From an uncultured Gammaproteobacteria bacterium (GTDB lineage: Bacteria; Pseudomonadota; Gammaproteobacteria; CAWCPV01): DNA of 64,000 nt. The position numbers and the translations under genes were made by a program. The DNA lies in contig CAWCPV010000009.1 in assembly GCA_963797555.1 (NCBI GenBank), positions 1 through 64,000 on the forward strand, given 5' to 3'. Shown one piece after another: positions 40,549-53,589 of the stretch (position 1 is its first letter; every line of letters starts with the position of its first letter). A model generated the notes under the pieces. The model made no database searches. It saw nothing but the letters and a program-made list of their open reading frames with translations, and was not told the origin of the DNA.

Positions 40549-41421
40549 GTGTATCTGGACTTCTTTCGGCTGCAGGATGAGCCTTTCCGGTTGACACCGG
40601 ACCCTGCGTATCTGTATCTAAGCTCGGGCCACGCTCGAGCGAAAGCCTTCATGGAATACGCCATCTGGGGCCGGGCGAGCTTCGTTGTCATCACGGGGGA
40701 GATTGGTTCCGGGAAGACTACACTCATAGAAACGTTGATGTCCGGGCTGAGCGCAAGCTCCGTCGTAGCCAGGATTCGCCACACGCAGTTGAATGATGTC
40801 GAGTTTCTTCGGGAGGTTCTTGCCGAACTTGGCTTCAGCGCGTACTCCGCCGGCAAGGCTGAGCTTCTGAACCTGCTCAAGAACATCCTCATGGATCAGC
40901 ACCAGCAAAACAACAATGTTGTTCTCATCATCGACGAAGCTCAGAATCTCGACTCCATCGTTCTCGAGGAAGTGCGATTGCTTTCTGGCGTCGAGACTCA
41001 CAAAGACAAGATCTTGAACGTTATCATGGTCGGTCAGCCGGAACTGAGGAAGACTCTGGAGTCGCCAGGGCTGGAGCAACTTGCGCAGCGGGTGCGTTTT
41101 AGGTTTCATCTGAGAGCGCTGAATGCGCTGGAAACGACGGAATATGTTCAGCACCGTCTGAAGGTTGCGGGAGCAAGAAATCCACACCTCTTTCCCCCAG
41201 AAACGATGCCACTGGTCTATGAGTATACCGGCGGCATACCGCGACTGATAAACACGCTCTGTGATACAGCCATGATTTGCGCGTTCGCGGATGACCTCGC
41301 CGTTATATCCGAGGATGTCATCGGAACCGCGATCATGGAGCTCGAGTGGGTTCCGTATAGTGAAAGGGCTCACCGAAAGGTTATGCTGCGGGTCTCTGGA
41401 GGAGAAGGCAGCCCTCCGTGA
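40549..41421 (+). CDS. ExeA/GspA-like AAA ATPase
   Basis: PFRLTPDP, GEIGSGKTT, IIDEAQNL, VGQPEL and GGIPRLINTLCD. Confidence 0.9.
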   Translation: MYLDFFRLQDEPFRLTPDPAYLYLSSGHARAKAFMEYAIWGRASFVVITGEIGSGKTTLIETLMSGLSASSVVARIRHTQLNDVEFLREVLAELGFSAYSAGKAELLNLLKNILMDQHQQNNNVVLIIDEAQNLDSIVLEEVRLLSGVETHKDKILNVIMVGQPELRKTLESPGLEQLAQRVRFRFHLRALNALETTEYVQHRLKVAGARNPHLFPPETMPLVYEYTGGIPRLINTLCDTAMICAFADDLAVISEDVIGTAIMELEWVPYSERAHRKVMLRVSGGEGSPP

Positions 41422-42230
41422 CCAGTGTTTCTCGGCGGGAGATCTCATTCCCCTGGCGTGCTGCCCCGATAATGGCCGGTCGCCATTTCATTTGCCGCTC
41501 AGGGGCGCATGCCCTCTGTCGGTTGTTAAGCTCGGATGCACCGCTGAACGGAAGCGTTCACTCGGAAGGCATTAAAGAACCGAGTAGAAGCACCACGCCC
41601 GTGCCCTGAATCTGCACCCAGTTTGTCGAGGTGCGTCACTGTCGGGGAACCGCGGTCAGTTCCCACAGCCGCGCGGGTGCCACTTCCAGACCGTAGCGGA
41701 ATCCTGTCTGGCTGTGATCTGTCTGGCTTGTGATGAATGCCTTCGCGAAGTATACGGGGGTGGACGCCGGTCTGCCGGCCCAGTTGGGGGCTAAGAGCGG
41801 CGCGTAGGTTTCGACCCTGCGTTGGGGCAGCCCCAAGCTCTCCTGCCGATTGTGGCTAACGTTCTCGGCACGCAGGGAACAGCGTCATAGGTCTCGGAGA
41901 TCGGGGAACCCTCGTTGGCGGAACACTTGGTGTTCTGTTGCATCCGCGGTCCGTTTCGCCAGCCGTGTACCTGACATTCAGGATGATAGAGGTCGGCCGG
42001 CCACCCCAGCGTCCAGCGTAGCCCGGAAGGATTCGGCCTGAGGGCCTGGCCTGTGTGCCTTATGGTCCGTCAGCCCCGTTTCGAGGTGATGGAACTTGGG
42101 GCGTTGCGAGGAAGGCCGGTACCCGCGACGAACAAATCATCCGTGGTCGGCTTGGGCCGGCCAGTCGCAGTATCAGTATCAAATCTTAAAGTTCCGCCCT
42201 CGGAACAACTACTTAGGAGGAGTGTAGGCC

Positions 42231-45200
42231 ATGCGTCACAGCTATCTTTGGGCGCTTCTATTGGGATTCCTGACGATGGTCTCCCTGGGCCAGCCAACAA
42301 CGTTGGCGCCCGGGGCGCTCCCTGCGGCGGCTGGGCTAAGCCAGGCTTTCCAGGCCCGTGCACAGCTCACGACCGTTGCCTTCAGTCCGAATGGAGAGAC
42401 CGTGGCGGCGGTAGGAAATGACCACGGTGTCGTGCTCTGGGACATACGCTCCGGCCAGGAACGTTTCCCTTTATTTTGGAACGGATCCCCGATCACGGCG
42501 GTCGCGTTTAGCCCGGATGGAAAGACCTTGGCGGGCATTGGCGACGATGACCGGATCACCTTGTGGAATGCGCTGAGCGGCCAGGAGCGCGTTACCGTAT
42601 CCGCCGACCGCTTTGGCGCCCACGTGACGGACGTGGCTTTCAGCCCGGATAGCAAGGCTCTGGCCAGCATCGGAGCTAATGATGCACGGGTCATCGTGTG
42701 GGACACGGCGACCGGTGCAGCCAGATTGGTATTATCCGGTCATGGCGACCCTGTCAACGCGATAGCCTTTAGTCCCGATGGAAAGCTGTTAGCCAGTGGC
42801 GGCAAAGATTCAGAGGTCATCTTGTGGGACCCGGCCACGGGTGCGGAAACGGCGGCCCTTGCTGGCCTTGATGGCGCGGCCGTGAACCAGGTGACTTTCA
42901 GCCCCAACGGCAAGACGCTGGCCAGCACGGGCTCGGATAACAAGATCCGGGTGTGGGATGTGGCGACGGGCGCCCTTCAACAGACCCTCGATACCCACGC
43001 GGGTGCCGTCACCCAGGCCGCCTTTAGTCCGGACGGCAGCACCCTGGTGAGCGTGGACAACGGCACTAGGATCGACCTCTGGGATGTTGCCACCGGCCAG
43101 ATCCGCTTAACCCTAACCCATGCTCCGGGCGTCACAGTAAACAACGTCGCCTTTAGCCCGGACGGTCAGATTCTGGCCAGTGCGGCGGATGACACTGAGA
43201 TCATGCTTTGGGATATGGGCACCGGCAATTTGCGCGGTGTTCTCAGCGGCGGGTCTGACTTTGCGGTCGCGGTGGCCTTCGGTGCCGATGGGACGATGCT
43301 CGCAAGCGTGGCCAGGGATGGCCGGATTACCCTATGGGATATCACCACCGGTGCCCGAGTCCTCAGTGCCCTCGGGCCGCCGCCTATTATCGACCCCAGT
43401 ACCGCTAGCGGCGCCAACCTGGGGAGCCTTGACGCGGCCTTCAACACCTCTGGTCAACCGAACGGAGCTACGAGCGTATCAGCGCCCGCTTCCGCGGTCT
43501 CCCAGTCCGCGCTTTCACAAGCCGCCACGGCGCCTGTTTCGACCGGCGCCAGCAAAGGGCCAACTCCACGCAACAGAACTCATGCGCAGAATCGCAAGGG
43601 GGTCATCGCACTTGCCCTCAGCCCCGATGGGGCGCTATTGGGCAGCGCCAGTGACGACGATCGCATCCGTATATGGAACGCAGCGACAGGCCAGGTGAGA
43701 CTCACGCTCAGCGGTCTCCCGGGGGCCTTGGTGACGGGCGTTGCCTTCACGGGGGATGGGAAGCGGCTTGCGACCGTCGCCAGGGACAGCGTGGTGCGTC
43801 TGTGGGATGTGACTAGTGGAGCTGCGACCCAGGTTCTCCGAGGCCACGAACAACCCATCCGGGCCATCGCCAGCAGCCCGGATGGCAAGTTCTTGGCGAG
43901 CGCCGGAGAGGAGACCCGCATCATGCTTTGGGATGCGTCGACTGGCAGGCTGAGCAAGGTTCTGAACGGCCATACAGACTTTGTCAACGGCGTCGCCTTT
44001 AGCCCCGACAGCAAGCTGCTGGTGAGCGCGGGCGCCGACGCCCAGGTCTTGGTCTGGGATGTTGCAACTGGAAAACTGCTGCAGACGCTGCGCGGACATA
44101 GCAGTGATGTCAATGCCGTCGCTTTCAGCCCGGACGGAAGGCTCGTCGCAAGCGCCGGCGACGACAGTCTCGTTATCGTCTGGGATGTCGTCACCGGAGT
44201 GCAGTGGCCGCCCCTTCAGGGACATCAGCAACCGGTCAGCGCGGTCGCGTTCAGCCCGAACGGCCAGTTGCTTGCCAGCGCCGGCGAAGATGCCCGTATC
44301 ATTCTATGGGACGTGGCGACCCATACACTGCGCAAGATCCTCTCAGGGACTCCCAATGTCATCAACGCGCTGATCTTCGGCAAAGGCGGAACGTCGCTGA
44401 TGGCCGGCAGTGCGGACAACGCGTTGAGATTTTGGGACCTGTCCCGGTCTGCGGTCAGCAACACCATCCAGGTGCCAAACCTGCCGCCCGCGACTGCGAG
44501 CTCCACTGTAGCCCCGGCCGCGACCACCATTAGCTTAAACCTAGCGACCCCCTTCCCCCGTACGCCCGCGGAGATAGGGCAACTGAGACATGGCCGCAGC
44601 CCGAGCAATGGGCGACTGTCTGAGCTGGGCATTCTGGATCGGCTGTGGAACTGGGTGCTGCCTGCGGCCGATGCCGCAACCCTGCCCGATCCCAACCAGG
44701 GTCCTGGCGGACCCATCCTCGTCGTCACCTCGGCTTCCTCCACGTACGGCAAATATTACGCGGAGATCCTGCGCACCGAAGGACTCAATGAATTTGCCGT
44801 GATGGATGCTGCAGCCGTGACGTCGACGACGCTGAATGCCTATGATGCGGTCATCCTCGCGACGCCGTTGGCTGCTTTTCAGCAGATCCCTGATCCGGTC
44901 AGCATGTTGAGCAGTTGGGTAACCGCCGGCGGAAAGTTGATTGCGATGCAGCCCGACCCGCAGCTCGCCAGCCTGCTCGGACTCACCTCGACCGGGTTCA
45001 CGCTGTCCAATGGCTACCTGCTCGTGGATACGTCGAAGGCGCCCGGCAACGGTGTCGTGAGCCAGCCAATGCAGTTCCACGGCACTGCGGACCTCTATAC
45101 GCTGAGTGGCGCTGCGAGCGTGGCCATGCTTTATACGAATGTGACCACGGCCACACCAAATCCCGCGGTAACGCTGCGTAGCGTCGGCCCCAACGGTGGC

Positions 45201-48200
45201 CAGGCTGCGGCCTTTACCTATGATCTGGCCACGTCCATTGTGTACTCGCGCCAGGGAAACCCGGCGTGGGCAACACAAGAGCGCGATGGAGTATCGCCGA
45301 TCCGTTCCGATGATAAGTTCTATGGCGCGGCCGCCGGCGATCCGCAGCCGGACTGGGTAGATCTGGACCATGAGGTAGCGGTCCCTCAGGCCGACGAGCA
45401 ACAGCGGCTGCTGGCCAATCTCATCCTCCAGATGGATCTCGACAAGAAACCTTTGCCCCGATTCTGGTACTTCCCTCGCGGCAAGAAGGCCGTCGTGATC
45501 ATGACCGGCGACGATCACGCCAATGGGGGGACCGCGGGTCGATTCGACCAGTACATCGCCGCCAGCCCTGCCGGGTGCAGCGTGGCGAACTGGGAGTGCA
45601 TCCGATCCACCTCATATATCTATGTCGAGCCCGATAATCTAACGAATGCTCAGGCCGCGAGTTACACGGCGCAGGGCTTCGAGGTGGGGCTCCACCTCAA
45701 TACCAATTGCGCCGATTTCACACCAGACCAACTGGACACCTTCTATAGCCAGCAGGTTTCGGATTTCACGAGCTCCTATCCGAGTGTCCCGGCCCTGTAT
45801 ACCCAGCGGCACCATTGCATCGCTTGGAGCGACTGGGTCACGGGTGCGAAGACGGAGTTCAAATATGGAATGCGGCTAGACACCAGCTATTACTTTTGGC
45901 CGCCCGGTTGGCTGCAAAACCGTCCGGGCTTTTTCACCGGCTCTGCCATGCCCATGCGTTTCGCGGACCTCAATGGGACCATCATCGATGTCTACAACGC
46001 CACAACGCAGATGACCGATGAATCGGGCCAGAGCTATCCGTTCACGAGCGACGCCCTGTTGAGCGCAGCGGTAGGCCCACAGGGCTACTACGGGGCCTAT
46101 ACGGTCAACGCGCACACGGATAGCGTCGATAATCCGGTGTCCGACGCGGTCGTGGCTTCCGCCCTCGCGCGCGGCGTACCCATCGTGTCCAGCGTTCAAA
46201 TGCTGAACTGGCTGGACGCCCGCAACGCTTCTTTCTTCGGCGGCCTGACCTGGAGTGGCAATGCCCTGAACTTTACTGTCACACCCGGGAACGGCGCCAA
46301 CGGCCTGCAGGCCATGGTGCCCACGCATTCCAGTGCCGGGGTGCTCAGTGGCATCACGGGTCCCAGCGGCAACGTGGCATACACGACCGATAGCATCAAA
46401 GGCATCGAGTATGCCTTTTTCTCCGCCGCTGCAGGGGCCTACACCGCCACCTATGCGGCAGACACGACGCTGCCGACCGTGACTTCGACCTCCCCCGCTA
46501 CTGGCGTCACCGGGGTGAGCCAGGGCACGACGGTCACGGCCACGTTTAGCAAGGCGATGGACTCGGCCACGATCAATACGGGGAGCGTCGTCTTGCTTGG
46601 CCCTGGCAGCAGTGCGGTGCCGGCGACAGTAACCTACGCTGCGGGCAATGACACCGCAACGCTCTCGCCAAACAGCGTCCTCGCGGCGTCGACGACCTAC
46701 ACCGCCACCGTGAAGGGTGGCGTCGCCAAGGACTTGTCGGGCAATGCGCTCGCTGCCGATTACACATGGTCCTTCACGACGGCCGCCGCGCCGCCCTGTC
46801 CGTGCAGTGGTTGGAGCAGTTCCACGACGCCCGCGAATCCGTCAGAGGCCGATCCGAATCCCGTGGAATTGGGGGTCAAGTTCCGCACGGATGTAGGCGG
46901 TGTGATTACCGGTATTCGCTTCTACAAGGGGACCAGCAACACGGGCACTCACGTCGGCAACCTTTGGACCACCACAGGGCAGTTGCTGGCGACGGCAAAC
47001 TTCACCAACGAGACCGCCACGGGTTGGCAGCAGGTGACCTTTTCCAGTCCTGTCCCAGTGAGCGCCAATATCGTTTACGTCGCGTCGTACTTCGCGCCTA
47101 ATGGGAATTACGCCGCCGACACCAATTATTTTGCCAACACGGGCGTGGATAACTACCCGGTTCATCTGTTGCAGGACGGGGTGAGCGGGGGCAACGGCGT
47201 GTATAACTATGGCGCCAGCTCGTCCTTCCCCGCTTCCACCTATCAGTCGAGCAATTACTGGGTGGACGTGGTCTTTACCACGAATGCGGGCCCTGCCCCG
47301 CTGAGCGTGACCGCGACGACGCCGGCCAATGGCGCGACGGGGGTGAGTCCGGGCATGGAGGGCTCGGGAATCACCATCAATGCCACCTTCAACAATACCC
47401 TCGATACGACGACCATCAGCGCATCGACCTTTACCTTGAAAGATGCCAGCAGCACGCTGGTACCCGCCTCCGTCAGCGCGGCCGGGAACACGGCGACGCT
47501 CACCGCGACCAGTCCGCTGGCGACCTCGACGACTTATACCGCCGCCCTGACCACTGGTGTGAAGGATGTCAATGGCAGCGCCCTGGCCGCCAATTACACG
47601 TGGTCCTTCACCACGGCGGGCGGGAGTGGCGGTTGCAGCTCCCCGCCGAACTCCATCGTGGCCGAGAACTGTCTGCCGGGAAACCCGGCATCCGAATGGG
47701 ATATCTCCGGCGCTGGCGATCCGAGCATCCAGGGCTTCGCGACGGATATCAGCGTGAACAAGGGGGGCACGGTCAACTTCAAGATCGATACTGATGCCAC
47801 CGCCTACCGCCTGGACATCTATCGAATGGGTTATTACGGTGGAATGGGGGCGCGCAAGGTGGCCACGATACAGCCTTCCGCACCCTTGCCGCAGACGCAG
47901 CCCGCCTGTTTGACTGATGCTGCTACCGGGCTCATCGACTGCGGGAACTGGGCGGTGTCCGCTTCGTGGACCGTACCGACCACGGCGACATCGGGAATTT
48001 ACTTTGCCCACGCGGTGCGCACGGATACCGGCGGGGACAGCCACATCTTCTTTATTGTGCGAGACGACGCGAGCCGCTCCGACGTCCTGTTCCAGACCTC
48101 GGACACGACCTGGCAGGCATACAACGACTATGGCGGCAACAACCTCTACACCGGGTCGCCGGGCACGAACCCCGCGCGGGCCTACAAGGTGAGCTACAAC

Positions 48201-51200
48201 CGCCCGTTCCACACCCGGGTATATGAGCCCGAGAGCTGGGTGTTCAACGGCGAGTACCCGATGGTGCGCTGGCTCGAGGCCAACGGCTATGACGTGACGT
48301 ATTTCACTGGGGTCGACGCAGACCGCAGCGGTGCGCTCATCGAAAACCACAAGGTGTGGATGTCGAACGGCCACGATGAATACTGGTCGGGCCTCGAGCG
48401 GACGAACGTAGAAGCGGCCCGGGACGCCGGAGTCAACCTGGCCTTCTTCAGCGGCAATACGATTTTCTGGAAGACGCGCTGGGAGAATGCGATCGACGGC
48501 TCCGGTACACCCTACCGTACCCTGGTCTGCTACAAGGAGACGCACGCCAACCGGGTGATTGACCCTTCGGATCCGCCCACCTGGACGGGCACTTGGCGAG
48601 ACCCACGCTTCAGTCCGCCAGCGGACGGCGGGCGGCCGGAGAACGCGCTGGTGGGAACGATTTTCCGCATCAACGGACCATACACCGAGGCCATCACGGT
48701 ACCGGCCGAGGATGGAAAGATGCGGTTCTGGCGCAATACCCCGGTGGCCGCGCTGGCCGCTGGTCAAACCGCCACGCTCGCTCCCGGCACCCTGGGGGCT
48801 GAGGTGGACGTGGACGAGGACAACGGCTTTCGGCCACCCGGTCTCTTCGGGGTTTCCACCAACCCCATCACCACGGGCAGCAATTATCTGGAGGATTACG
48901 GAAGCACCTACGGTGCGGGCACGGCGACCCAGAAGGTGACGCTGTACAAGGCGCCAAGCGGCGCCTGGGTGCTCGGCGCTGGCACCTACCAGTGGTCGTG
49001 GGGTCTGGACTCCAACCACGACCGTAGCAGCCTGGGAGCGACCACCAATGGCGCGATGCAGCAGGCGACCGTAAACCTGTTCGCCGATATGGGCGTGCAG
49101 CCCGCCACCCTCGAGCCGGGCCTGACGCTGGCAACGGCGTCGACCGATACGGTCGCTCCAACTCGGCGATTACCTCGCCTACGGCCGGCGCGAACGTGCC
49201 GCAGGGTAGTCCGCTGACGATCAGCGGCACGGCGACCGATACAGGGGGTGGTGTCGTCGGAGGGGTCGAGGTTTCACTCGATGGCGGTACGACCTGGCAT
49301 CCTGCTATTGGGCGTGGGACTTGGAGCTACATATGGACGCCCAGTGCAGCGGGTTCGGTAACCCTCAAGAGCCGCGCGGTCGACGATAGCGGGAATCTGG
49401 AAACCCCCAATGCCGGCGTCACCGTTACGGTCGGCGCAGGCGGAACGGGCTGCACGAGCAGCTGCACCATCTGGCCCAGCACGGCGGTGCCGACGCTGGT
49501 GGATGGTGGCCCGGACAGCGCGGTGGAGCTAGGGGTCAAGTTCAGGTCCGATGTGGCAGGTACCATCTCCGGCATCCGGTTCTACAAGGCGAGCACCAAC
49601 ACCGGCACGCATGTCGGCAACCTGTGGTCGAGCACCGGGACAAAGCTCGCGACGGTCACGTTCAGTGGCGAGAGCGCCTCCGGGTGGCAGCAGGCGAGCT
49701 TCTCGCCGCCGGTTGCGATCACCGCCAACACCGTCTACGTGGCCTCGTATCACACCACCGTTGGGCACTACAGCGCCGACGTGAACTATTTTTCGAGCAA
49801 CGGGGTAGACAATCCGCCGCTGCACGCGCTGGCCAACGGGGTCTCGGGCGGCAACGGGGTGTACGCCTATGGGGCGAGCAGTGCCTTCCCGAGCCAGACC
49901 TGGAACAGCGCCAACTACTGGGTGGATGTGGTGTTCAGTTCAGGTCCGGCGCCGACGCTGCAGTCGATCGCAGTGACACCGGTAAACCCGACGATTCAGA
50001 CCGGGGGGACACAGCAGTTCACCGCTACCGGGACCTACTCGGATAGCTCCACGCAGAACCTCACTAGTCAAGTGACCTGGAGCTCGTCGGCGACATCGGT
50101 GGCGACCGTCAGTACAAGCGGGTTGGCGACCGGCGTCGGTGCCGGCAGTACGACGATCTCGGCGGCGCTGGGCAGTGTTTCCGGGGGCACTGGGCTGACT
50201 GTAAAGGCCGCGCCGACGCTGCAATCGATCGCAGTGACACCGGCGAACCCGACGATTCAGACCGGGGGGGCACAGCAGTTCACCGCTACCGGGACCTACT
50301 CGGATAACTCCACGCAGAACCTCACCAGTCAGGTGACCTGGAGACTCGTCGAGCACCGCGGTGGCTACTGTCAGTGCAAGCGGGTTGGCGACTGGCGTAG
50401 GAGCCGGCAGCACGACCATCTCGGCGGCGCTGAGCAGTGTTTCCGGGAGCACTGGGCTGACGGTGCAGGCTGCGCCGCTGGCGATCACTACGGCATCGCT
50501 ACCCGCCGGGACCGTGGGTGTGGCCTACTCGGCGACACTCACGGCGAGCGGTGGGACCCCGCCGTACACTTGGTCTCTCGCAAGCGGTTCGCTGCCCGCT
50601 GGCCTGACCTTGAACTCCAGCGCCATCAGCGGGACGCCCACGGCGGCGGGTACTGCCAACTTCACGGTTCAGGTGTTCGATTCTGCCAGCCCTGCCGCAA
50701 ACATCACCAAGGCGCTGAGCATCACCGTCGCCGCAGCCGCGACCGCCGTCACCATCTGGCCCAGCACGACGGTGCCGGGGACGGCAGACGCCGGTCCGGA
50801 CAGTGCGGTGGAGCTAGGGGTCAAGTTCCGGTCCGATGTTGCGGGCAGGATCACCAGCATCCGTTTCTACAAGGGGAGCGGTAACACCGGGACGCATGTC
50901 GGAAACCTGTGGTCGAGTACCGGCACCAACCTAGCCTCGGTCACCTTCAGTGGCGAGACCACCTCCGGATGGCAGCAGGCGAACTTTGCCACACCAGTGT
51001 CCATCACCGCCAACACCGTGTATGTCGCTTCGTATCACACCAACGTCGGGCATTATGCCGATAACCAGAACTACTTTGCGACCGCGGGGGTAGATAATCC
51101 GCCGCTGCATGCGCTTCAGAACGGTGTGTCGGGCGGGAACGGGGTGTACCGTTATGGCTCGAGCAGCGGGTTCCCGAACCAGACATGGAATACCTCCAAC

Positions 51201-51230
51201 TATTGGGTGGATGTGGTGTTCTCACAGTAA
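42231..51230 (+). CDS. Giant (~3000 aa) secreted multidomain protein: two WD40 propellers, CE4/NodB-like domain, Ig-like domains, DMF-amidase-beta-like domain and three DUF4082; two frameshifts
   Basis: ORFs 42231-49217, 49196-50884 and 50361-51230 join at ~49165 and ~50344. The latter is one extra base relative to the duplicated VTWSSS repeat. WD40 repeats (VAFSPDG...WD). DUF4082 motif [10 protein letters not shown]...NYWVDVVF occurs three times. Confidence 0.85.
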
Positions 51231-51615
51231 ATATTGCCATCCAGGGTCCTCGATGGCACGGTGCACCCTAGCTCGCTGCGGCTGCCTTCGGACAGGCTCG
51301 ACACCAACGGCGGACCTTCCTTTTGGGGATTACTGGTCGGGAGCCTCCTGCCCCCCGGTCGGGCAGCCGGCGTTCGCGTGGCTGCCAAGGGCGGAAAACC
51401 GCGTGCGGAGGGTAGACCTGATTGCCGGTATCGCCTCCGCCTGAGCAGCCCATTGTGGACTCGTCGGCTTGGGGCACGACTTCAGGAGTTGTCTTCTCTG
51501 GCCCGGGGGCTGGCTGGTACGATGTGTCACCAGCGCGGGCTGATCCGCACTCCGGAGCCAAATTCGCATTTCCACGCTTGTGCAGACCCGGCGACCAACG
51601 ATAGCGAGACCTATA

Positions 51616-52101
51616 ATGATCGCAGAAAGCGTAGAGTTAAGTGGCACCGTCATCATACATCAACCGGATCTAGTGAATTTGTATGGCTGCAGGATCGCTG
51701 ACGGCACGCGAATCGGCGCATTTGTCGAGATCCAAAAAGGGGCGGAGGTTGGTCGCAATTGTAAGATTTCTAGCCACAGTTTTGTTTGTGAAGGTGTCGT
51801 GATAGAGGAGGGAGTATTCGTCGGCCACGGGGTCATGTTTATCAACGATATCTACCCCAGCGCGGTCACAGAAGAGGGCGGTTTGCAAACCGAAGCGGAT
51901 TGGGAGGTGATTAGGACGCGAGTCAAGATGCGCGCTTCTATCGGCAGCAATGCCACCATTCTGGCGGGGGTGACAATAGGAGAGGGTGCATTGGTCGGTG
52001 CCGGGGCGATCGTCACGCACGACGTGCCAGACTATGCGATCGTTGTTGGCGGACCTGCCCGAGTGATTGGCGACGTTCGGAACAAGAAACGTAATCGATG
52101 A
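51616..52101 (+). CDS. Hexapeptide-repeat N-acetyltransferase (WbpD-like)
   Basis: [23 protein letters not shown] and [10 protein letters not shown]. Confidence 0.9.
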   Translation: MIAESVELSGTVIIHQPDLVNLYGCRIADGTRIGAFVEIQKGAEVGRNCKISSHSFVCEGVVIEEGVFVGHGVMFINDIYPSAVTEEGGLQTEADWEVIRTRVKMRASIGSNATILAGVTIGEGALVGAGAIVTHDVPDYAIVVGGPARVIGDVRNKKRNR

Positions 52102-52536
52102 CATTGGGTGATTCGGGGTAGTGTCCTTGGCCTCCACGCCTCCCCTGACGTTCTCCGGAGTGTTCGTCGGATCGCGAAAACGTCGGGAAACGTGCCTTGT
52201 TCCTGCCCAAGCCTCGCGAAGCGTCGCATCGGCGGGTTGAAGCGCAGGGCTCAGGGCACCGAGCGCCCCGGTGCGTCGGTGGCCTCGGTGCTTGCCTGGA
52301 CGCGGATAACACAGTCAAAGCCAAGATGCTCGGTCCTCACCCGCGCGCGGACGCGAGGTGACGCCGCAAGAGTAATGACTCAACTCGTGGCGAACACCTG
52401 CCGCCCGCCCAGGAGGCTCGCGCGGTCCTGTGCTAGTGGTCGTCGTCTTTTGGTGAACAACAGGACTCGCTGGACGAACGCTTGGGTTCGAGACCGGCGG
52501 GAACTGTCATAACTTCTATTGAGAGGGATGCAACAA

Positions 52537-53589
52537 ATGATTAGCATCGGCGTAATTGGGTACGGCTACTGGGGTCCCAACCTGGTTAGGAACTTTGCCG
52601 AAATCGACGGGGCTGTAGTTGCCGGCGTCGCGGATCAAGACGAGAAGAAGCTCGAAATCGTCCAACGGCGTTACCCGGCCATCAGGACGGCGACGCATTT
52701 CCAGGACTTGATCGAGGATCCGTCCATCGATGCGATCGCTGTGGCGACGCCCGTCAGTACACACTTCGAAGTGGGGGTGGCGGCGCTGAAGGCGGGGAAG
52801 CATTTGTGGCTGGAAAAGCCGATGACCGAAACGTCCCTTCAGGCGCATAAACTCATTGAGGAGGCCGAGCGCCGTCAACGAATCCTGTTTGTGGATCACA
52901 CCTTCGTATATACCGGGTCCGTGCGCAAGATGGGGGAAATCGTCAAGAGCGGCGATCTGGGTCGTGTCTACTACTACGATTCCACGCGTGTGAACCTTGG
53001 ACTCTTTCAGCGGGACGTAAATGTCATTTCAGACCTTGCCGTGCATGATTTCTCCATCTTGGATTATCTTTTGGGGGAACATCCAGTGGCTGTGTCGGCC
53101 AGCGGAATCAATCACTTCCCTGGTACGCCGGAGAACTTGGCGTACGTCACTCTGTTTTACGACTCCGGGGCGATAGCCCACGCCAATGTGAGCTGGCTCG
53201 CGCCGGTGAAAGTGCGTCAGATCCTGGTTGGCGGCAGCAAGAAGATGATCAGCTATGATGACCTGGAGCCGAGCGAAAAGGTGAGGGTGTACGACAAGGG
53301 CGTGAGCTTTACCGACGACCCGCAGCAGATTTACGAAATGCGGGTTGGCTACCGCACCGGTGATATGTGGGCGCCCAAGCTCGCCACAACGGAGGCGCTG
53401 CGTATCGGGGGCGAGCATTTTCTGGACTGCATCCGAAATGGTAAGAATCCGGATACGGATGGACATCTCGGTTTGCGAGTTGTCGAGCTCATCGAGGCTG
53501 CGACTAGTTCGATGCGCGGAAGAGGTGAAACGGTATATTTACAACGTCGGGGGCCGGTATATTTACAACGTCAGGGGAAAGTCGCGTGA
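52537..53589 (+). CDS. Gfo/Idh/MocA oxidoreductase (WbpB-like)
   Basis: GYGYWGPNLVRN, EKP and DLAVHD motifs. Confidence 0.92.
   Translation: MISIGVIGYGYWGPNLVRNFAEIDGAVVAGVADQDEKKLEIVQRRYPAIRTATHFQDLIEDPSIDAIAVATPVSTHFEVGVAALKAGKHLWLEKPMTETSLQAHKLIEEAERRQRILFVDHTFVYTGSVRKMGEIVKSGDLGRVYYYDSTRVNLGLFQRDVNVISDLAVHDFSILDYLLGEHPVAVSASGINHFPGTPENLAYVTLFYDSGAIAHANVSWLAPVKVRQILVGGSKKMISYDDLEPSEKVRVYDKGVSFTDDPQQIYEMRVGYRTGDMWAPKLATTEALRIGGEHFLDCIRNGKNPDTDGHLGLRVVELIEAATSSMRGRGETVYLQRRGPVYLQRQGKVA

Noticed and set aside
37312-41421. Calling a complete PEP-CTERM/exosortase system
   Set aside because: The export genes resemble XrtA-associated types, but no exosortase, PrsK/PrsR or PEP-CTERM tail is visible in the window.
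42407-42414. Other GGCGGTAG matches (here, ~61737, ~9884, ~25046)
   Set aside because: They lie inside coding sequence or antisense to genes and lack the extended JUMPStart context, so chance occurrence is expected at this GC content.
51284-51310. REP-like CCTTCGGACAGGCTCGACACCAACGG after the giant gene
   Set aside because: It is a single degenerate copy with no partner in the window.
53531-53577. 24-bp tandem duplication at the end of the oxidoreductase (VYLQRRGP/VYLQRQGK)
   Set aside because: It is real but an in-frame tail duplication with no evident consequence.
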